Below, one piece after another: positions 26,884 to 28,630 of a DNA stretch of 28,630 bases. The number at the start of each line of letters is the position of its first letter. The first letter of the stretch is position 1. The stretch comes from a virus. The notes under the pieces are model-generated. The model was not told the DNA's origin and did no database searches. It saw only the letters and a list, made by a program, of their open reading frames with translations. The stretch lies in the UHGV virus genome UHGV-0195556; one strand, given 5' to 3'. The position numbers were made by a program, and so were the translations under genes.

Positions 26884-27368
26884 GCATAAGAGAACTAAAC
26901 CTCACCAAAGAACAGCACGAGTGGCTGAATGGCTGGCTTGAACTGTGGGGCGCATGGGTTTATTCAGGTCGTCTGGAAAAGCGCATGAGCAGCGTAATAG
27001 CTAAGTTCATGGAGAGCGTAGAGCCGGGAAGAGTTATGATAAGGCCAATGTGTAATGATGATGATGGAATGTTGATTTCTCAGGTCGTCGATTCCGTCAT
27101 GTACATTGACAAGAAAGCCTTTGGCATCCTCCTCAGCTACTACGCCCACGGCTCTTCCAAGCACGCCATTGCATCTTACTATCATCGCGTCGCAAGACCT
27201 CGCAAGATGTTATGCCGGGGCGGCGGGCGCATTCAAAAACCATCGCTCGCAACCTGTCGACGGGAAGTTGACGAAATCCTCAATGCCTCGTTGTTTATGA
27301 TTTACCCGGTTCTGGATAGTGCGTTTAAAAACCGGAAACGTGTAGAGAAAATTAAACATGTAGCATAG
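26880..27368 (+). CDS. Q: late-gene antiterminator Q (phage 82 / QuuD-like family)
   Basis: Position between ninH and the late leader/holin; WGAW and CxDDDGM motifs shared with recalled Q-family proteins. Confidence 0.6.
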   Translation: MSIRELNLTKEQHEWLNGWLELWGAWVYSGRLEKRMSSVIAKFMESVEPGRVMIRPMCNDDDGMLISQVVDSVMYIDKKAFGILLSYYAHGSSKHAIASYYHRVARPRKMLCRGGGRIQKPSLATCRREVDEILNASLFMIYPVLDSAFKNRKRVEKIKHVA

Positions 27369-27374
27369 AACGTG

Positions 27375-27461
27375 TTGACATCATTGAGCAAATGAGCAAC
27401 ACTATTCGCATAAGCTGCCGTTAGTGACTCTTAAGTTGCAACGGTGGCTTTTTTTGTTTGC
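27375..27461 (+). promoter_or_regulatory. late promoter pR'-like region with downstream terminator-like T-run (tR' analogue)
   Basis: TTGACA at 27375-27380 immediately after Q; weak hairpin then CTTTTTTTGTTTG at 27449-27461; -10 element not confidently placed. Confidence 0.35.
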
Positions 27462-27905
27462 ACAACAGGTAAGAGCATTGAACCCGCAGACCTCGCGGAA
27501 TTGGTGAAAGGTGCCGCGCAGTGCTCTTATCGTTGTGGTGAAGCTCAATGGCGAGCTAGCAGATAGGCGACAGTGAAAATACTAGTCATGTAGCTGACCG
27601 CCGCGCGTACTGCAATCGGCAGCGCACCGATGGAAGCCGGTTCGATTCCGGCCGCCACAACCCAAACTGAGCCGTAGCCACTGGCTATCCTGAATTCATC
27701 AGTGATAGTTACGCTGCGGCATTCTACGCATGACCTTCGTGAAAGCGGGTGGCAAGAGGCTGCGCTAACAACCTCCTGCCGTTTTGCCCGTGCATATCGG
27801 TCACGAACAAATCTGATTACTAAACACAGTAGCCTGGATTTGTTCTATCAGTAATCGACCTTATTCCTAATTAAATAGAGCAAATCCCCTTATTGGGGGT
27901 AAGAC

Positions 27906-28229
27906 ATGAAGATGCCAGAAAAACATGACCTGTTAGCTGCCATTCTCGCGGCAAAGGAACAAGGCATCGGGGCAATCCTTGCGTTTGCAATGGCGTACCT
28001 TCGCGGCAGATATAATGGCGGTGCGTTTACAAAAACAGTAATCGACGCAACGATGTGCGCCATTATCGCCTGGTTCATTCGTGACCTTCTCGACTTCGCC
28101 GGACTAAGTAGCAATCTCGCTTATATAACGAGCGTGTTCATCGGCTACATCGGTACTGACTCGATTGGTTCGCTTATCAAACGCTTCGCTGCTAAAAAAG
28201 CCGGAGTAGAAGATGGTGGAAATCAATAA
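27906..28229 (+). CDS. S: holin S (lambda S, dual-start MKM)
   Basis: [43 protein letters not shown]... essentially identical to recalled lambda S. Confidence 0.95.
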   Translation: MKMPEKHDLLAAILAAKEQGIGAILAFAMAYLRGRYNGGAFTKTVIDATMCAIIAWFIRDLLDFAGLSSNLAYITSVFIGYIGTDSIGSLIKRFAAKKAGVEDGGNQ

Positions 28230-28630
28230 TCAACGTAAGGCGTTCCTCGATATGCTGGCGTGGTCAGAGGGAACTGATAACGGACGTCAGAAAACCAGAA
28301 ATCATGGTTATGACGTCATTGTTGGCGGAGAGCTATTCACTGATTACTCCGATCACCCTCGCAAACTTGTCACGCTAAACCCCAAACTCAAATCAACAGC
28401 AGCCGGACGTTACCAGCTTCTTTCCCGTTGGTGGGATGCCTATCGTAAGCAGCTTGGCCTGAAAGACTTCTCTCCGAAAAGCCAGGACGCTGTGGCATTG
28501 CAGCAGATTAAAGAGCGTGGCGCTTTACCGATGATTGACCGCGGTGATATTCGTCAGGCAATCGACCGTTGCAGCAATATCTGGGCTTCACTGCCGGGCG
28601 CTGGTTATGGTCAGTTCGAGCATAAGGCTG
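28213..28630 (+). CDS. R: endolysin R (lytic transglycosylase), 5' part; 3' end outside window
   Basis: [42 protein letters not shown]... matches recalled lambda R; open to the window edge. Confidence 0.95.
   Translation, partial: MVEINNQRKAFLDMLAWSEGTDNGRQKTRNHGYDVIVGGELFTDYSDHPRKLVTLNPKLKSTAAGRYQLLSRWWDAYRKQLGLKDFSPKSQDAVALQQIKERGALPMIDRGDIRQAIDRCSNIWASLPGAGYGQFEHKA

Noticed and set aside
27480-27680. tRNA gene in the late leader between Q and S, suggested by GCCGG-TTCGATT-CCGGC (T-arm-like) around 27630-27660
   Set aside because: No complementary acceptor stem, no anticodon arm with a 7-nt loop, and no CCA end could be built; the flanking sequence reads as lambda-type late leader. A tRNAscan or covariance search would settle it.

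Overview
This window reads as an E. coli-type chromosomal segment. It opens with the 3' part of a LysR-family regulator that I recognise as DsdC-like, followed by two mobile elements integrated in tandem at the same argW-derived attachment core. The 16-bp repeat ATGGTGTCCCCTGCAG (reverse complement of the tRNA-Arg argW 3' end as I recall it) occurs at 795-810 and 11759-11774. Element 1 (about 795-11774) is a P4-like phage satellite. It carries an AlpA-family regulator, a hypothetical gene plus a P2 GpN-like capsid homologue, a P4 CI-RNA-like immunity region, an alpha-type primase-helicase followed by an iteron array, an Ogr/Delta zinc-finger activator, an AT-rich two-gene cargo, and a P4-family integrase. 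The cargo (8591-10444) sits in the delta-to-integrase hotspot and is my top candidate for an undescribed or divergent anti-phage module. Element 2 (11775 to past the window end) is a mosaic lambdoid prophage laid out like KplE1/HK620, with the excisionase TorI at the att end and the integrase expected at the far end outside the window. It has a P22-type early-left operon (Ea22-like, SSB, Erf, Kil, CIII, N with nutL), a phage-434 immunity region, CII, an O-like initiator with internal iterons, a DnaB-like helicase, a nin region (NinB, NinE, NinF split by an HNH endonuclease gene, YbcO-like, a second HNH gene, RusA, NinH), a Q-family antiterminator, a lambda-like late leader, holin S and the start of endolysin R. 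All assignments rest on reading the sequence and on recalled reference sequences; no database search was run.
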